Assembly: GCA_050253075.1 (NCBI GenBank)
Contig: JBFWJS010000002.1
Span: 384,001-448,000, forward strand
Length of the DNA: 64,000 bases
Direction of reading: 5' to 3'
Source of the DNA: Deferribacterales bacterium
GTDB lineage: Bacteria > Chrysiogenota > Deferribacteres > Deferribacterales > Geovibrionaceae
The translations under genes were made by a program, and so were the position numbers. Below the pieces are notes generated by a model. It ran no database searches and was not told the origin of the DNA. It worked only from the letters and a program-made list of their open reading frames with translations. This document shows positions 1-10,219 of this stretch, piece after piece; positions within the stretch are counted from its first letter, which is position 1, and each line of letters opens with the position of its first letter.

Positions 1-585
1 CTCGAATACCTCTATGAGACAGCACAGCTTCCTCTGGAGAACCTAGGCACATACCATATATCAGATACGAAATCGACCACTGCCCATCTTGCGGAAAAAG
101 CATTTGAGGCACTTGGCGGACTGCCTGAGGATAAGAGTATTGATATAGACGTAGAAGGACTGCGCATTACGGGTAAAGTTTCGGGCGTCTCAGAGGACCA
201 GCATGTTTACATGTGCATATCTTCAATAAAGCCGAAGTACATTATGCGTGGATGGATACGGCATCTCATCCTGAACAGCATACGCCCCACTAAAACCACC
301 GTAATGACAGCGGAGAAACCAATCGAGTTTCAGCCTGTCAGCCCTGATCACCTGAAAGTGCTGGCAGAATACTTTAAACAGGGGCAGAAACTGCCTATAA
401 AGTTCCACATAACTGATGCTATGGACGCTGTAATGTCTAAAAGACCGTATAAGCCTGATGATTTTAATAATATGTCTGAAGACTATGCATACCGCATATG
501 CTACGGCAGAGCACGGGATTTAGATATGGACGCTGTCAGAGATATCATAACGCCGATAGCGGATATCATCGGAGGCGGGAAATGA
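1..585 (+). CDS. recC: Exodeoxyribonuclease V gamma subunit (RecC), 3' portion; truncated by the window start
   Basis: Frame is open from base 1 to TGA at 583-585. C-terminal 'RGWIRHLILN' segment resembles RecC. ATGA overlap with recB. Confidence 0.8.
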   Translation, partial: LEYLYETAQLPLENLGTYHISDTKSTTAHLAEKAFEALGGLPEDKSIDIDVEGLRITGKVSGVSEDQHVYMCISSIKPKYIMRGWIRHLILNSIRPTKTTVMTAEKPIEFQPVSPDHLKVLAEYFKQGQKLPIKFHITDAMDAVMSKRPYKPDDFNNMSEDYAYRICYGRARDLDMDAVRDIITPIADIIGGGK

Positions 586-3500
586 GCCACAAACAGATAG
601 ACCTGCTCACCGCTCCGCTCAAAGGAACTGCGCTCATCGAGGCAAATGCAGGCACGGGAAAAACGTATAACATCACAGCCCTCTTCACCCGCATGGTAAC
701 AGAGGAAAAGACCCATCAGGGACTCCCCGTACCTGTCGAATCTATACTGGTCGTGACATACACTAAGGCAGCAGTATCCGACCTGAAATCTAAGATATAT
801 AAACGTCTTAACGATGTACTCAGTGCTATGTCAGCCCTTGAAAACGGACTTGATAAAACATTCGATGATCCTTTCCCTATGGAATATGCAGAGCACCGCA
901 AAGAACACCTGACAGAAGATATCAAAAATATAAAGAACGCCATAAGAGACTTTGACCAATGCTCCGTATTCACCATACACGGCTTTTGCCAGCGGATGCT
1001 GAAAGAGAATGCTTTCAGCGGTGACGTCGCCTACGATGTGGAGCTAACAGGCAACAGCGCAGAGCTTATACGAAAGCCCGTGTATAACTACTGGCGGATG
1101 AATGTGTATAAAGCTCCCGTTGCCGTCATGCCCCTGCTGACAAAGACAGACCCCGAAGGGCTCATTAAATTCTATAAAAACGTTCAGAGCAACCAGGCCA
1201 TAGAGATAGCAGAGCCTGAAAAGCTGATAACGTCTGACGACATACTCAGATGTGAAGAGGAGCTGACCTCAATGCTCTCTGAGATAAAGACCTGCTACGC
1301 ATCGTCTGAAGCAGAGCTGAAAGAACTGATGGATACATCCCGCAAGGACTTTCCGTTAAATAAGAAAGTGTACCGTAAGGATCTGGTGCCGAAATCATTC
1401 GAAGAGATAGAATCTGTAATAACAAACAATACTATCCACTGCCCGCAGGATACGAAATCCATATATAGATTTACCAACGAATGCATCACAGAAAACAGCA
1501 AAGACGTAACTGTCAGCCACATTTTCTTTGACCTGATATCAAAGTGGTACGCCAAGGAGCTTGAGTTTCAGGAGATTTTAAAGGGCTTCGACGCTACTTT
1601 CAAATATAACATGTGCGTGTACATGGACGGCGTGCTGGAAAAGCATAAGGAAAAGCAGAACCTGCAGTCATACGACGACCTGATAGGCAGGATGCGGAAT
1701 GCCGTGCTGGATAACGAAGGGCACAGCAGCATGACGTCCAGCCTCCACAGGAAGTTTCAGGCGGCGCTCATTGACGAATTTCAGGATACTGACCCGTATC
1801 AGTACGACATATTCTTTAACGTTTTCGGACGGCATAACAAGCCTTTCTTTATGATAGGCGACCCGAAGCAGGCTATATACTCCTTCCGTGGTGCAGATGT
1901 CTTCGCATATCTGAAAGCTGCAGGGGCAAAGGGGAACAAATATACCCTGACAGAGAACTTCCGCTCGGACAAGGGGCTGATAGAAGGTGTGAACGCATTC
2001 TTCAAACGGGAGAACGCATTCATGCTGGAGCAGATCAGCTATATACCGTCTGTCAGTGAAAAGGACATGAAGCTGACCGTGGACGGCTCAATCCACCCGC
2101 CTATGACAGTATGGGAATGCGACAAACAGAAGCATGAAGAGATAGCCGCCTCCACAGCAAGACATATAGCTGAATTACTGAACAAATCTTCACTTAATAA
2201 TGCAAGTATCAACGGTGAACCGGTAAAACCATCAGACATAGCCGTACTCTGCCGTAAAAAAGATGAGATGATAGCCGTGAAAAATGCTCTGTCCGCTTGC
2301 AGAGTGTCCGCTGTTATGTCGGGCTCAGAGAGCGTGTTTGAGAGCGACGAGGCGAAAGAGATGGCGAGCATACTAGCAGCCGTGCTCTCGCCGTTCAGCC
2401 AGCAGATGATAAAAACGGCTCTCGCCACCACCATATTCGGATACACGGCAAAGCAGATATACGGCATAACCGAAACAGACGAATGGGACGACATCACAGA
2501 AGAATTCCGTGGGTATAACGACCTGATAAACCTGCGTGGATTTGCGCCGATGTTCTTCAGCCTTGCTTCAAAACGTGGGCTTTATAAAAATACAGCATCC
2601 ATGGATCAGGGAGAGCGGAAGCTCACAAACATGATACACATAACAGAGCTGGCGCAGACGTTCGAAGCAGACAGAAAGGCAGTGCCCGCTGACATTCTGA
2701 AATGGCTGAAAGAAAAAATAGCAAACCCGAAAGAGCGGGACGACGAAGCAGAGCTTAAGATGGACAGCGACGAAAACGCTGTGACCATCATCACCATACA
2801 TAAAAGTAAAGGTCTGGAGTATAACATCGTCTATACCCCTTTCCTGATGTATACATCGGGCGGTAAAGACATTATCCCGAAATACCATGACGGGGACAGA
2901 TTCATCATGGACCTGACAAGGTCTGACACGTCAAAAGAACTGCATAAGAAAGAAGAGCAGGCAGAAAGGCTCCGCATAGCCTACGTTGCTCTCACAAGGG
3001 CAAAGTGCGCATGTTTCACCGCATGGGGCGGTGTAACAGGGCATGATAATTCGCCCCTCGCATATCTGATAAACGGCAGTTACTCAAAATTTGACCATAG
3101 TGCAATGCACGCATACTTCACAGAGCAGTCTGTAGATATAAAGGCACTCCCGTTGCCCGATGTGCAGACATATACGGCATCAGACTCAAAACCTGAGGGC
3201 TCAAACAGAACCTTCACAGGAGAGATACCGCAGATATGGCAGCTCAACAGTTTCTCCCGTCTGATACACTCATCATCCACGGCAAAGGACACTGATCAGT
3301 TTACGAAACCCGCTACAGAAGATATAAGTGACGAACTGAACATATTTTCATTTCCAAAAGGAGCAAAGGCGGGAACATGCCTCCACGACTGTATGGAAGC
3401 TGTACATTTCGAGTCATTCACCAAAGAATCCGTTACGGAGACCGTGATGGAAAGGCTGTCTGCATACTCTTTTGACACTGACTATACTCCTGCCGTAGCG

Positions 3501-4046
3501 GGGAACATATACACCATACTGAACAAAGACATGCACGGCACAAAGCTCTCATCCCTGAAAAAAGGCGAATACGTCGCAGAGATGGAGTTTCAGATGTCGG
3601 CTAAGCCCTTTACGGCGGAAGCTCTTGCCGAGATATTTGCCAGACACGGAGAGGAAGACTATGCAAAGGCAGCGTCCACCCTCAGCTTTGAAACTGTGAA
3701 CGGCTTCATAAACGGCTTTGCCGACCTGATATTCAGCCAGAACGGCAGATACTATGTGCTGGACTGGAAGTCGAACCATCTGGGGAACAGCACATCGGCA
3801 TACTCAAACGAACGAATGCACGCTGAGATGCTCGGAAGCCACTATTACCTGCAGATGTATATATACACCCTCGCTCTGGACAGACACATGAGCAGATATA
3901 TGCATGGCTACAGCTATGAAAAGCACATAGGCGGAGGCATATACGTCTTCATGCGTGGGGTGAATGCAGAGGGTGACGAAGGGCTCTATTTCCACAGACC
4001 GAACGAAAACGTGATAAGAGATATGCAGGAGCTGACAAAGGGATGA
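582..4046 (+). CDS. recB: Exodeoxyribonuclease V beta subunit (RecB helicase-nuclease)
   Basis: EANAGTGKT Walker A, IDEFQDTD, GDPKQAIYSFRGAD, TIHKSKGLE, YVALTRA and nuclease motif GFADL..VLDWKS. Start set at ATG 582 (overlaps recC stop, GGAGG upstream). Confidence 0.95.
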   Translation: MSHKQIDLLTAPLKGTALIEANAGTGKTYNITALFTRMVTEEKTHQGLPVPVESILVVTYTKAAVSDLKSKIYKRLNDVLSAMSALENGLDKTFDDPFPMEYAEHRKEHLTEDIKNIKNAIRDFDQCSVFTIHGFCQRMLKENAFSGDVAYDVELTGNSAELIRKPVYNYWRMNVYKAPVAVMPLLTKTDPEGLIKFYKNVQSNQAIEIAEPEKLITSDDILRCEEELTSMLSEIKTCYASSEAELKELMDTSRKDFPLNKKVYRKDLVPKSFEEIESVITNNTIHCPQDTKSIYRFTNECITENSKDVTVSHIFFDLISKWYAKELEFQEILKGFDATFKYNMCVYMDGVLEKHKEKQNLQSYDDLIGRMRNAVLDNEGHSSMTSSLHRKFQAALIDEFQDTDPYQYDIFFNVFGRHNKPFFMIGDPKQAIYSFRGADVFAYLKAAGAKGNKYTLTENFRSDKGLIEGVNAFFKRENAFMLEQISYIPSVSEKDMKLTVDGSIHPPMTVWECDKQKHEEIAASTARHIAELLNKSSLNNASINGEPVKPSDIAVLCRKKDEMIAVKNALSACRVSAVMSGSESVFESDEAKEMASILAAVLSPFSQQMIKTALATTIFGYTAKQIYGITETDEWDDITEEFRGYNDLINLRGFAPMFFSLASKRGLYKNTASMDQGERKLTNMIHITELAQTFEADRKAVPADILKWLKEKIANPKERDDEAELKMDSDENAVTIITIHKSKGLEYNIVYTPFLMYTSGGKDIIPKYHDGDRFIMDLTRSDTSKELHKKEEQAERLRIAYVALTRAKCACFTAWGGVTGHDNSPLAYLINGSYSKFDHSAMHAYFTEQSVDIKALPLPDVQTYTASDSKPEGSNRTFTGEIPQIWQLNSFSRLIHSSSTAKDTDQFTKPATEDISDELNIFSFPKGAKAGTCLHDCMEAVHFESFTKESVTETVMERLSAYSFDTDYTPAVAGNIYTILNKDMHGTKLSSLKKGEYVAEMEFQMSAKPFTAEALAEIFARHGEEDYAKAASTLSFETVNGFINGFADLIFSQNGRYYVLDWKSNHLGNSTSAYSNERMHAEMLGSHYYLQMYIYTLALDRHMSRYMHGYSYEKHIGGGIYVFMRGVNAEGDEGLYFHRPNENVIRDMQELTKG

Positions 4047-5797
4047 CAGACATTTTAAAAACCATGCTCGAAAAGAAACAGCTTAGAGATATAGACGCAT
4101 ATTTCGCCCACCATATCTCTGCGAGCTTTGACGCACCCGAAGGAGAGCTACTCTTTGCGCTTATATTCAGCGCAACCGAAGGGGGGAACACATGCCTCGA
4201 CATGTCAGCGATATCATCTCTAACATTCTATAAATATTATGAAAAAGAGATAAACGAAGCCGTAAGTGATAAAACAATATCCAGCCTCATCATAAAAGGT
4301 GCGCTGTGTGAAGCACCCGCCATGACAGCACCGTTCATCCTGCGGGGTGAAAAGCTGTATATGAAGAGCTTCTATATGGATGAAAACAGCGTAGCTCAGT
4401 TCATACGCAAAAGGAGCACTATTTCATGCAATGTGCGTGACATACTGCCTATGCTGGATAAATATTTCAGCGAAAACAGCATGCAGAAAGCCGCCGCCCT
4501 TAACGCCGCCGTGAACAGCTTCTCCATCATATCAGGAGGCCCCGGCACAGGGAAGACATCGACAGTTTTCAAACTGCTCGCCGTGCTGGCAGAAATATCT
4601 GCCGAACCACTGAAAATAGCCGTATGCGCCCCGACGGGCAAGGCAGCATCGAGACTAACGGAATCTATGCAGAGCCAGAGAGAGGCGTATCAGAACGAAC
4701 CATTCATAGACCGGATACCCGAAAAGGCATACACCATCCACCGACTGCTGGGTATGGCGGGGGACAGCCGTGCGCCAATGTATAATAAAGATAATAAGCT
4801 ACCTTATGATATATTGATCACCGACGAGGCATCCATGGTGGACATCAGCACCATGGCGAAGCTGACCGACGCCATAAAGGACGAATGCAAGCTGATACTG
4901 CTGGGTGATAAAGACCAGCTGGCATCCGTACAGCCGGGTGCAGTACTCGGCGATATATGCGGGCTAGCACCTGTTGATATATTTACCGATGAACGCTCAG
5001 ATATGCTCTCAAAACCTGCCGGAAAGTCACTTGGCAAGGGCGGAAATATTTATTCTAACATATCGATAATGCTGGATAAGAGCTGGCGATACCATGAAAG
5101 CCCAGGCATAGGTAACCTTGCATCTGCATCAGGCAAAGGCGACTGGCAGACTGCTATGGATGTTCTCCAGCATGACGAAAGCGGTTGTGTCGATTTCATT
5201 GAGATGACTGATTTATTTGAAAATATCACATCTGAACATATATTGAATCATTATAGAAACTATGCCTCTATAGAGTGCCCCATAACAGCACTGGATGCTT
5301 TTAACACCTTTCGCATTTTAACACCGCATAGGCAGAGCACGGGAGGCACAGAGCACATCAACGCCATCGCCCAAAGAACACTCTTTCGTGCGGGATACTC
5401 GGATAATACGAAGCGTTTCTATCACGGTATGCCTGTTATGATAGTTGAGAACGACTATTCGCTTCAGCTTTTCAACGGCGAGACGGGACTCATCATGGGT
5501 GATAAGGATATGAAGGCGTGCTTCGCACTTGAAAAAGAGACCGTGAGGCGCATAACCCCCGCGAGGCTCCCCGCACATGTGCCTGCATACGCAATGACAG
5601 TGCATAAGAGTCAGGGGTCTGAATTTGAACATGTATTATTTGTTTTACCCGAATCAGACAGCAGAATACTCACCAGAGAGCTCTTCTATACCGCCGTGAC
5701 AAGGGCAAAGAGCAGGCTAACCGTTATATCCACAAAAGAAGCTGTAAGAAAATGCCTCACCGGCAGGATAGAAAGGGCCTCGGGGCTGTCTCTTTAG
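4043..5797 (+). CDS. recD: Exodeoxyribonuclease V alpha subunit (RecD)
   Basis: GGPGTGKT, APTGKAA, TIHRLLG, DEASMVD, GDKDQLASV, TVHKSQGSEF, YTAVTRA; ATGA overlap with recB. Confidence 0.95.
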   Translation: MTDILKTMLEKKQLRDIDAYFAHHISASFDAPEGELLFALIFSATEGGNTCLDMSAISSLTFYKYYEKEINEAVSDKTISSLIIKGALCEAPAMTAPFILRGEKLYMKSFYMDENSVAQFIRKRSTISCNVRDILPMLDKYFSENSMQKAAALNAAVNSFSIISGGPGTGKTSTVFKLLAVLAEISAEPLKIAVCAPTGKAASRLTESMQSQREAYQNEPFIDRIPEKAYTIHRLLGMAGDSRAPMYNKDNKLPYDILITDEASMVDISTMAKLTDAIKDECKLILLGDKDQLASVQPGAVLGDICGLAPVDIFTDERSDMLSKPAGKSLGKGGNIYSNISIMLDKSWRYHESPGIGNLASASGKGDWQTAMDVLQHDESGCVDFIEMTDLFENITSEHILNHYRNYASIECPITALDAFNTFRILTPHRQSTGGTEHINAIAQRTLFRAGYSDNTKRFYHGMPVMIVENDYSLQLFNGETGLIMGDKDMKACFALEKETVRRITPARLPAHVPAYAMTVHKSQGSEFEHVLFVLPESDSRILTRELFYTAVTRAKSRLTVISTKEAVRKCLTGRIERASGLSL

Positions 5798-5850
5798 GGC
5801 TGAAACGGCTTTCATCTGACACAGCATAAGCGCAAAATAATCAGCCAGAG

Positions 5851-8007
5851 CTATTGTTTTGACATTACCTCAAGCATACCTTCGATGGTCTTCAGCTTTC
5901 TCATCACAGATTCCAGCTCGTTCTTATTCTTTACCTCTATGCAGAAGTCGAGTGCTGCTGTCCCCTCTTTATCACGCTTTGAGGCTAGTTCGAGGATGTT
6001 CAGCCCCATATCTTTCAGCACAGTGGTGAGAGAGTTCAGCATACCTGTGCGGTCCTCGATATTCGCATGGATCTTAACAGGCATCTTATAATTCTTCTTA
6101 TCATCCCACTGAACGTCCACTAGGCGTTCGTTGCTGAAAACGGTGTTTTTGAGGTTGTCGCAGTCTGTCCTGTGGACGACAATGCCCCGCCCACGGCTGA
6201 TGTATCCTATGACATCCTCGCCCGGCAGAGGTGAGCAGCATTTCGCTATCTTCACCATGACATCGTCTATCCCCTCTATGATGAAAGGGTTGCTGGATTT
6301 CTTTCTAGGCTGCTGCGGTGCAGGCTTTGAAACGTCCTCAGGTTTGAGTTCCTTCGGCTCGGAGAACATATGCACTATCTGCTTCGGCGATATACGTCCG
6401 AAACCGACAGTGGCGAAAATGTCGTCCTCGTCCTGCAGCTTATATCTTTCGAGAATCTTTTTAATATTATCAGGTTTGTTGAAGATCTCACGCACTTCGA
6501 GGTTTTCTGCCTTGAACTCCTTATCCAGAAGCTCGAAGCCTACATTTCGGCTGAAATCCGCATCCACTTTACGCAGGAATGCACGTATGCGCGTCTTCGC
6601 ACGTGACGTTTTCACAAAGCTGAGCCAGTCACGGCTTGGCTTATGATCGTCGCCCGTGATGATGGATATACGGTCTCCGTTGCGGAGCTTGTATTTCAGA
6701 GGGACAATGCGTCCATCGACTTTTGCGCCCTTGCACTTGTTGCCCACCTCGGTGTGGATGCTGTATGCGAAGTCCACCGGTGTCGAGCCGACAGGGAGCT
6801 CCATAACGTCGCCGTTCGGAGTGAAGACGTATATCTGCGTAGGCAGAACGTCCTCTTTGAGCGCTTCGACGAGGTCTTCGGGCTTTTGCAGCTCGTGTTG
6901 TTCAAGGAGCGTGCGGAGCCATGTGAAGGTTTTGTCTTCCTGAGGGTCAAAAACTTTCCCCTCTTTATATTTCCAGTGGGCGGCGATACCTTCCTCGGCC
7001 ACCTTATGCATTTCGTGTGTACGGATCTGGAACTCGACTGTAACGCCCCGCTTTGTGATTATCGTTGTGTGCAGAGACTGATAAAGGTTTGTCTTCTGCA
7101 TGGCGATATAGTCTTTAAACCTGTGCTGGATAGGGTTCCAGAGGTTATGCAGGATACCCATCACGGCATAGCATGTGGGCACGTCGTCCACTAGCACCCT
7201 GAGGGCAAGCAGGTCGTATATCTCTTCGAAGCTGACCTTCTTCTTCTTCATCTTGTTGTAAATGCTGAAGAAGTGCTTTGGTCTGCCTGTTACGCTGGCT
7301 TTTATATTGTGTTTCTGAAGCTCGTCCACGACCTTTTCACGGACGTCTATGAGGAGCTCTTCACGCTCGCCACGCTTCAGCTTAACTTTTTCGTATATTT
7401 CGTAATAGTTCTCAGGCTCGAGTATGCGGAAGCACCTGTCCTCCAGCTCCCACTTTATCCATGCGATACCGAGTCGGTGTGACATCGGTGCATAGATGTC
7501 CATTGTCTCCTGCGCTATGCGGCGTTTCTTTTCGTCGCTGAGGAAATCAAGGGTGCGCATGTTGTGCAGACGGTCTGCGAGCTTTATAAGGATAACACGC
7601 ACGTCCTTAGACATGGATATGAGCATCTTGCGGAAGTTCTCCGCCTGCTTTTCCTGCTGGGATTTGAACTCGATCTTACCAATCTTTGTAACGCCGTCGA
7701 CGATGAATGCGACTTCCTCGCCGAAGAGGTTAGATATCTCGGCAAATGTGGCGTCCGTGTCCTCTACGGTGTCGTGGAGCAGACCGCCGATGACGGTGTC
7801 TACGTCCATGTTCATCTGGGCAAGGATATAAGCGACATTCAGGGGGTGTGAAAGGTACGGCTCGCCGCTCTTACGCAGCTGTCCCCTGTGTTTCTGTGCG
7901 GCATAGACGTATGCTGTATGCACCTTTTCAAAGCCGTCTTTGATGCCGTTCTTTATCAGTCTGTCCTGTATGTCCATCAAACGGACTACGCGTTCTCTGC
8001 TACCCAT
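5851..8007 (-). CDS. rel: Bifunctional (p)ppGpp synthetase/hydrolase (long RSH, Rel/SpoT)
   Basis: HD motif LLHDTVEDT, KLADRLHNMRTL, RFKDY, YQSLHT, EFQIRT, TGS domain (TPVDFAYSIH), CC and ACT-like C-terminus. Confidence 0.93.
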   Translation of the reverse strand: MGSRERVVRLMDIQDRLIKNGIKDGFEKVHTAYVYAAQKHRGQLRKSGEPYLSHPLNVAYILAQMNMDVDTVIGGLLHDTVEDTDATFAEISNLFGEEVAFIVDGVTKIGKIEFKSQQEKQAENFRKMLISMSKDVRVILIKLADRLHNMRTLDFLSDEKKRRIAQETMDIYAPMSHRLGIAWIKWELEDRCFRILEPENYYEIYEKVKLKRGEREELLIDVREKVVDELQKHNIKASVTGRPKHFFSIYNKMKKKKVSFEEIYDLLALRVLVDDVPTCYAVMGILHNLWNPIQHRFKDYIAMQKTNLYQSLHTTIITKRGVTVEFQIRTHEMHKVAEEGIAAHWKYKEGKVFDPQEDKTFTWLRTLLEQHELQKPEDLVEALKEDVLPTQIYVFTPNGDVMELPVGSTPVDFAYSIHTEVGNKCKGAKVDGRIVPLKYKLRNGDRISIITGDDHKPSRDWLSFVKTSRAKTRIRAFLRKVDADFSRNVGFELLDKEFKAENLEVREIFNKPDNIKKILERYKLQDEDDIFATVGFGRISPKQIVHMFSEPKELKPEDVSKPAPQQPRKKSSNPFIIEGIDDVMVKIAKCCSPLPGEDVIGYISRGRGIVVHRTDCDNLKNTVFSNERLVDVQWDDKKNYKMPVKIHANIEDRTGMLNSLTTVLKDMGLNILELASKRDKEGTAALDFCIEVKNKNELESVMRKLKTIEGMLEVMSKQ

Positions 8008-9770
8008 TAATCCTCATCCGCAGGTTTTATATCTTTCAAAACAAGCTGAGTATAACGTCCGTTATAATATCCTGTCACAGCAGGAGAAAAGATAATATCA
8101 AACTTCTCGTTCTGCTCAACTATGTCTTTGTATATTTTCATATTGTATCCGATGCAGTCGAATACCTTTTCGTCCCTTTCCAGAAGTATCTTTAGATGCA
8201 TGTTGTCACGCCCGACAAATGCCGCAGGCTGAAACTTCCGCACTCCGCGCATGCAGAACACGGGCTCTCTGTTTCCTGCGCCGTAGGGCTCCATGCGCTC
8301 AAGCCACTTCATTAGCTCCAGCCCGAAGTCCGAAGGCTTCATAATCGCATCGATCTTTATCTCTGCAACATAATCCTCAGGCTCCAGAAGATCCTTCACA
8401 GCATTGTGAAACCTCTTCTGCAGACTGCCGATGTGCTGCTCCTCTATCTTGAGACCTGCGGCATATTTATGCCCGCCGAAGGAGAGCAGGATGTCCTGCA
8501 TCTGCTCCAGACCTTTATACAGGTCAAAAGACGGTATGCTCCGCCCCGAGCCTTTCCCCACGCCGTCATCGAATGTTAGCACGATGGCGGGCAGGTGATA
8601 CTTTTCCACAAGTCGGGAGGCGACGATGCCTATCACGCCCTGATGCCACTCCTCGGAGTAGAGCACCAGACCTTTATATTTCTCGTGGAGCTTGTTTTTC
8701 TCCACACGGTGAAACGACTCTTCTATTATCTGCCTTTCAATGTCCTGACGGGATTTATTCTCCTTATCCAGCTGATCTGCCAGATAGGCGGACTGCTGTC
8801 TGTCGGATGTGATGAGGAGCTTCAGCCCCTTATCCGATGCACCCATACGCCCCACTGCATTTATCCTCGGCGCAAGCCCGAATCCGACATGGGTTGTGGT
8901 GACCTTCTGCCCGTCTATCCCCGCCACACGCTTAAGCTCTTTCAGACCAGGGCGGCAGTTCTGCCCGGAGAGTATCTCAAGCCCGTGCTTGACTATTATC
9001 CTGTTTTCCCCGACAAGGGGCACCACGTCGGCTATAGTGCCGAGTGTCACCAGATCGAGGTATTTTTTAATATTCGGTATCTTGCCTTTGAAAAGTCCCG
9101 ACTCGTTCAGCTTATAGCGGAGAGCCATAACGACCTTAAAGGCGACGCCGACCCCTGAGAGCCCTTTAAAGGCACTCGTATCGTCTTTCTGCATGGGGTT
9201 TACTATCGCATAGGCGTCTAAAGGCATATTTTCTTCGGAGGGCTGATGATGATCAGTCACGATGACCTTCATACCGAGCGCCACGGCATGCTTCACTTCT
9301 TCCAGTGCGTTTATGCCGCAGTCTACTGTTATAATAAGCTTACTGCCGGAAGATGCAATATCATCTATCGCAGCAATATTCAGCCCATAGCCCTCTTCCA
9401 GCCTGTTTGGTATGTAATAGCAGGCATCCGCACCCACCTCTTCCAAAAAGAGATACATGAGGGCAACAGATGTCACACCGTCTACGTCGTAGTCGCCGTA
9501 TATGCAGATACGTTCTTTATTCTTTATAGTTTCGGCTATCAGATCGGCAGCCTTTTCCATGTCCTTCATCAGAAATGGAGAAGAAATGCCCTTCAGAGGA
9601 GTTTTAAAGAAAGATTCCAGTGTCTCTTTCCGGTACAGGTCTCTTTTATGCAGGACTTCGGTAATACACAGGGGCATTCCCAGCTCGGAAGCGAGCTGGT
9701 GGATATCGTCGCACTCGGCGTCTTTATACACCCATTTGTATTTTAAACTTTTATAGCTGATGTCAGACAT
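8007..9770 (-). CDS. recJ: Single-stranded-DNA-specific exonuclease RecJ
   Basis: YGDYDVDG, TVDCG, TDHH, GTIADVV, PRINAVGR, FGGHKYAAG. Start at ATG 9770 is my estimate. Confidence 0.95.
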   Translation of the reverse strand: MSDISYKSLKYKWVYKDAECDDIHQLASELGMPLCITEVLHKRDLYRKETLESFFKTPLKGISSPFLMKDMEKAADLIAETIKNKERICIYGDYDVDGVTSVALMYLFLEEVGADACYYIPNRLEEGYGLNIAAIDDIASSGSKLIITVDCGINALEEVKHAVALGMKVIVTDHHQPSEENMPLDAYAIVNPMQKDDTSAFKGLSGVGVAFKVVMALRYKLNESGLFKGKIPNIKKYLDLVTLGTIADVVPLVGENRIIVKHGLEILSGQNCRPGLKELKRVAGIDGQKVTTTHVGFGLAPRINAVGRMGASDKGLKLLITSDRQQSAYLADQLDKENKSRQDIERQIIEESFHRVEKNKLHEKYKGLVLYSEEWHQGVIGIVASRLVEKYHLPAIVLTFDDGVGKGSGRSIPSFDLYKGLEQMQDILLSFGGHKYAAGLKIEEQHIGSLQKRFHNAVKDLLEPEDYVAEIKIDAIMKPSDFGLELMKWLERMEPYGAGNREPVFCMRGVRKFQPAAFVGRDNMHLKILLERDEKVFDCIGYNMKIYKDIVEQNEKFDIIFSPAVTGYYNGRYTQLVLKDIKPADED

Positions 9771-9912
9771 AACGAAACCTACAGTTCTCCTATTATTAAT
9801 GATTATGTAACCAAAATCACTGGAATGCAAGAACTTTTCCGCTTTGAGACACCTATATTGCGAAAGGTGAAAAAATAATCTTTCTATTTTAGATACAGCG
9901 TCCGAAATGAAC

Positions 9913-10131
9913 TTAGTCTAAAAACTTGATCGGTTTCTTCGGCTTGTATGATTTGGAGATAGGGAGACGCTCCGGAGCCGTCATAGTATTGGCATTAACG
10001 TCCTTTGTACCTATCACTTTACCGCTTGTATCATACGCTGTGAGCTCGTACTCACGCACGGCAGAGTTGTTTACCAGGTTGATAGTGAACCATATGATAA
10101 CAACGGCAAAAGCGATGTACCAATAGCGCAT
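9913..10131 (-). CDS. Small hypothetical protein with an N-terminal membrane anchor
   Basis: ORF with hydrophobic N-terminus (YWYIAFAVVIIWF); start uncertain (10131 or 10173). Confidence 0.55.
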   Translation of the reverse strand: MRYWYIAFAVVIIWFTINLVNNSAVREYELTAYDTSGKVIGTKDVNANTMTAPERLPISKSYKPKKPIKFLD

Positions 10132-10219
10132 ATAATCGCCGCCGAAGTATTTTGTAAAATCTTTATATCTCATAACGACCTTTTACTTTATTTTTATTCA
10201 AAACTCAACAGTTATAAAC

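Noticed and set aside
498..581. N-terminal extension of RecB
   Set aside because: It overlaps recC; ATG 582 has an RBS and an ATGA coupling.
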